From NCBI GenBank assembly GCA_030141605.1, contig JAQGDQ010000222.1, positions 186,001-250,000 on the forward strand: a stretch of 64,000 nt of DNA. The letters run 5' to 3'. A model generated the notes under the pieces. That model was given only the letters and a program-made list of their open reading frames with translations, ran no database searches and was not told where the DNA came from. Both the position numbers and the translations under genes were made by a program. Source of the DNA: Tubiluchus corallicola (taxonomy: Eukaryota > Animalia > Priapulida). Shown here piece after piece: positions 1-64,000 of the stretch. Within the stretch, counting starts at the first letter, position 1. Each line of letters starts with the position of its first letter.

Positions 1-568
1 GTTTGTGAATTGCAGCACGGCTATGTATGGGTGTATGTTATTTAACGGTTAACAATAACAGTTTTACAAATATGTAAGGGTAAATTTAATGTAACACTTT
101 TGTAATTGTTTCATCAAATGTCCAAACAGCATCACCAAGTATATGATCAAGCACTAAAGCAACATAAACACTATCTGCGCATGCGCCAAAAACAACATTG
201 CGCTTGAATCTGTAGAGGAAACCATGAAGCATTTCGCATGCCCACCAGTCCATTGAAGCCATCAGTGCGCTAGCAGTTTTAAAAGTGATGAAGAAGCCAA
301 ACTCTTGAGCGGATGTTGCACTTTGATTTACTTTAACGTTGCACCAAAAATTAACTGGAAGCATGTGAACGCGGCATGCTGAATTGCTGCAGATGAATTT
401 CGCTTCGAGCTCGCGCAGTGACATCTCAAACAATGTCAGTAATCTCTAAAATCTTCGTCATGGTATGAAAGAGTTTGAAAAAGTTGACCAAACTAAAAAT
501 CCATGTAGTCGCGTAGGACAACGCCTCGCCACTGAGGTACTGACGGTAGCGATTTTGGAGTCGAGGAT

Positions 569-59795
<59,227 letters not shown>

Positions 59796-60279
59796 GTACG
59801 TATATATATATATATATATTCTTTTCTCTGGTAGGCGAATGTGTTGAACTTAACTAATGAAATTAATTTTTGTCATTTTTCGCCCGCTTATTTAATTACT
59901 GTTTTACGATGTAAGAATATATTTTAATATAAAATACTTTTTATAGAATTACTTTTAACATAAAAGATTCCTGTTTAATCAGTGGAATATTAATTTTAGC
60001 TTGTGTATCTTCTACTATATATAAGTTCGTAAAGCTGTTGTTCACACATAGAACAAGATTATTGGTTCATTAAGTTTAACACAAAATTTAATTGTAACTA
60101 AATCACAATAGCTAAGATCCGCCGCCTTCATAACAGCTGTGACGCCACACTGTGTTTCAGCGATATAAACTTTCATTTTTACTATCATGAGTGAAACAAG
60201 GGAAATGTGGATAATCTAATACAAGGAAATGTTGAGTTGGTTGATCAGTTACTATCATTGTACATTTATCATTGTGTTT

Positions 60280-60370
60280 TGTTGCTTCAGTTGATTAGTA
60301 AGTCGCTGAACTTATAATCCAAAGACTTGGTTCAAGCCCAACCTAGTCCCGACTTTTCACATTTCTTTTT
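60280..60370 (+). mobile_element. tRNA-derived (SINE-like) head with Pol III boxes
   Basis: A-box-like CAGTTGATTAG, B box GGTTCAAGCCC at 60329-60339, T-run downstream; no complete cloverleaf. Confidence 0.4.
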
Positions 60371-60594
60371 TGCTCGAAGTTCGGTTTACGACTATAACAA
60401 TTGTGTCTTATTCCAAAAATTAATAATTTTGAAATTAAAATGCTCATGATTTATTCCAAGCATGAATGTTTATTGTAAAAATAACATGAATTCTTAAGTA
60501 TTACATTAGCTATAGTAATTAATTAATTGAAAACGTTAATATTGTTGATTATGACTGAACTAAAACTAGATCCTGCCCTCACCAGCAGAATATG

Positions 60595-60685
60595 TGCGGT
60601 GTAATAATTAATGTGTTGAACAAGTAAACCGACGTTCCACGGTTCAAATCCAAACTTCTTCCAAAATGTTCACATTTCCTTTCTT
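60595..60685 (+). mobile_element. Second tRNA-derived (SINE-like) head
   Basis: A-box-like GGTGTAATAATTA, B box GGTTCAAATCC at 60641-60651, followed by TTCACATTTC as in the first copy. Confidence 0.4.
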
Positions 60686-63600
60686 CTGGTCAATTTTTTT
60701 CAAACTTGAAAAAAGTAGGTTAGTCCATCATCAATTCGATCGTATATATTTATGCCAGATATGCTTATTTGTAGTTTTTCCTGCCAACAGGAAACAAAGT
60801 TTGGGTGTATTTAAAAAACAGTTTCACAAAATGTGTATTCTTTAGTTTCTTCTGGAAGACAACATGAAGGTCACATTGCAAAATAAGGCATGTTGTGAGT
60901 TATGTTAGTGCATTTATACCACATTCTTCTACTATTAACTGTAACACTACGTTGCTCAATTCATTAAAATTATTAATTAGATCGCCTCCGTTTTATCTTT
61001 TTTGAACTTTCTTGAACTTTAGATGGCAGTGATTGCCTCACGGCCATTTTGTAGTATTCAAGTTTCTTACACAGTGGCCCCTGAAATTCTTAAGGATCAC
61101 TCAATAAGCTAGTAAATTGTATTCTTTACAGCTAAAACTCTTTTGTTAGGTGGCTTAAATTAAACACAGGGCATCCAGCCGTAATAAAAAGTTAAAAGCA
61201 ATGTCAATCAATCATTTAGTATAGTCGTTATCGAACTCGACTTGCATCCATTTCTATAATTAGGCTAAGATTCGCAGTCTAGTTCGCGCCGTCGCGAGTT
61301 TCAAATTCGGCTAAGAAACCATTAAGGAAATTAAATTTCAAAACAGCGATGGGTGAGTTGTATTTGCACTCTGATCAGTGATATTGCAATGGTGTCTATT
61401 CTTGATCTAGAAAATTGAGTTTTGATTTTGACTTGGGAGCACAAAATTGAATTAGGCTGTGATTTAGCACGTTATTGCTGATATTAATATTTGCTCGTAT
61501 TTGGTTCTTGTATTACACAAACACGCACACCTTCACGCGGGCGCATACACACAAAACAGAATGCTTTTTAGAATGAAATTATTGACTTCATTTACATTAT
61601 TATACAGTTTACTTATTAAATTAGCTATGATGTATTCTAGTGGTTAATTTTTGACCAATGCATTGATTAAGTGTTGACGGAGGCATCAAGAATTTTGCAC
61701 AAAACTTTTTTATGTTCAACATGTTAAATTTGTTCCTGGGATTTAACAATGGGCACCAATAAAAGGGAAGACATTCCAATGTATTAAGAAGAGCTTTAAC
61801 GAAATTGTTTCCTCATTGACCTTTTCCAAAAAAGCGTGAAGTTAAATTTGAAGATTTCCCGCAATCATAACGACACCGCGAGGATTATTCTGATGTTCAC
61901 GTTTGGTTGACATTGAATGTTCAGTTACTCCATCATGTGAAGTTAATAAAATATAAGCATAGCAACTTCATTGGCCTAGCCTATCAAACAGCAGCCCCAC
62001 AAACTAGTCTTATCTTACTAGCGTCAAAAACTCTAAATATAGTGTGACAATTAAAGCTACGTAGGCCTAACATTGCTCTATTTAGCGCAATCAGTATCTC
62101 ATTAACGAAAGCAGCAAATTTGGACGATTACAGCAGCTTTCTCATTTGTAAATTACTTACACGATCAAACGCTTTAGAGAATTCCATTAAGCAACAACAG
62201 ATAGATTATCACTATCTAAATAATTGCTTGATAAGCTCAGAGCTACAGTTTGCGTTAAAAGAAAACACCCCTGTCCCATGCGTTCCATAGTACTGCAACT
62301 AGATAACTGGTAGGACACAATGCAGAGATATTTAAGCAACGATAATCAAGTTGTCATCAAGGATTAAAGCTCAGTCAGTTTCTTCTTTCCATCCCATAAT
62401 TTTTACGATCACTTTCTATTCGGTGTGATCGTAAAAGTGATATTAAAGGGGGAATATCATGAAAATCAAGTTAAACTTATTTTATAGTTGCCTTCTCCGG
62501 GAATAGCTTGGCGAAGTTTTTTAAGCAGTACGTTGTCTAATTAATGAGTAATTAATTTTTTTGTATCTCACCGGAAACGCCATGGAGCTGCACTTACGCC
62601 TCTCACCCTGAAAAAATTGAACTAGCGCAGCTCAGGCTGGTGACGTAACAGAGTGTACACGCAGGCTGTTGTGATACTGTCGTACACGACTTGGCTAAAA
62701 TAAAGCTGTTGTTACTACATTACAGAATTTGACCTTGGTTGGGATAGGTAGTCAGCTGATAGAAACGATTGTCGTTGCACTCGTTAACATGTTTTCATCA
62801 AAAGCGATATTTTACGACCCTCGAAAGTTATAGGTCCATTATAGTATATTCTAATAGAGGTAAACAATCATTGTGCAAAAGGAGGCCTACAGCATATTGT
62901 GAAAATTCTTGTGGCGTTAATTGAAAACATCGTCAGCAATACAAGCTGCAAAAGTGTGGGCCTTGGTAACGAAAGTTCTTTTCTTGTAAAACAAGTCCAT
63001 TATAGTAACTTCATTCTGCTAGAAGAATTCATGAATTTGTAAACACAGATAAACTCACTGAAGCATAACTATAATGCTAGTGTGACAATTTTCAATGACA
63101 GCTTCATTTTATCAGCCTTGACAAAAAATATGTGAAGCCCATGGACACATAGACTATAACATATTAGCTGTAGACTTATTAATTAAACATATATGAACAT
63201 TTTTAACTTTGTCGTGTTTCAGTTGTTTAAATCAGTAAGACTTTTATACCAACCAGAACTTTAACCGTTATTCATTAGCTTTTGTTTTTACATGATAACA
63301 TCATGTTGTGTTTATTTTTACACAGCAGTATTATTAAAATATTAGGATTAGATAAAATTCTTGTGGTCAGTTGGTTTTAAATAAAAATTAATAATAAAAT
63401 AATACATTTATTATTAATATAATTATTATCCACTTTTACAAAATAAAAAACTAACGATATAATGTGGTTCGATGACAAAATAATTATTTATTGCATTACA
63501 TGGTGTAACTGTGATATTTTTATTGAAATGGATACAAATCTCGAGATGACTAAACTGCATCGATAAACTATGCACTGGGCTTAAAATGAAACAAAAAAGA

Positions 63601-64000
63601 CACTACAAAAAACTACATCTGACTGAATCTCTCCGAAAGTGTAAGCACAATATTTTTAAGACTAGAGTTCATCATGTTCTAAACTCTCGTTTCAAAGCAA
63701 ACAGCCGAGAAATTATCACACAGGTTGTAGGAGTGAATCCAGGCTTTTAGATTGTACTTTCATTGCTTCAATAATTTTCTGTTGCTCATTGGAAACTAAA
63801 TGTTATTATATTTTGGCTTCGTATTTCGATATTTTCTGACTGCTGCATCCCGTCTAATTGCTGAATCCTAGTGTAACACATTCCACAACCGTTTTTCAAT
63901 AAGAATAATCAGACCGATACCGAGCAAATCACGCATTCAATTCACAATAAGCTAATCTTTACCATGATACCGTCACTAGGCATAAACTGGGTAGAAGTAC

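Noticed and set aside
86-433. 115 aa minus-strand ORF upstream of exon 1
   Set aside because: Non-ATG start and no recognisable motif; more likely 5' UTR or promoter of the channel gene.
60280-60685. Functional tRNA genes
   Set aside because: Only box motifs are present; acceptor and anticodon stems cannot be formed.
59796-64000. Exon 6 (expected to begin Y/F-G-Y)
   Set aside because: No acceptor followed by a suitable frame was found; the gene most likely continues beyond the window.

Overview
AT-rich eukaryotic (invertebrate-type) genomic DNA. Almost the whole window is the 5' half of one + strand gene for a Cys-loop ligand-gated ion channel subunit of the GABA-A/glycine/Rdl type. Five coding exons were found (569-678, 14895-14971, 37100-37167, 45206-45438, 59713-59795). 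All have GT-AG junctions and matching phases, and they give 190 aa from the signal peptide to loop B. The remaining exons lie beyond the window. The 8-22 kb introns hold microsatellites, local duplications, fold-backs and decayed transposons. The most unusual structure is in intron 4: a near full-length antisense LINE (about 48520-54920) split by two nested insertions. One is a TTAA-flanked Kolobok-type MITE. The other is a 1.8 kb non-coding TG...CA element with an ATAT target-site duplication, whose two ends are diverged LTR-like arms in INVERTED orientation, each followed by an inward-pointing tRNA-Leu-type primer-binding site. Most ORFs in the supplied track are spurious (microsatellite or random). 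All calls were made by eye, without database searches.
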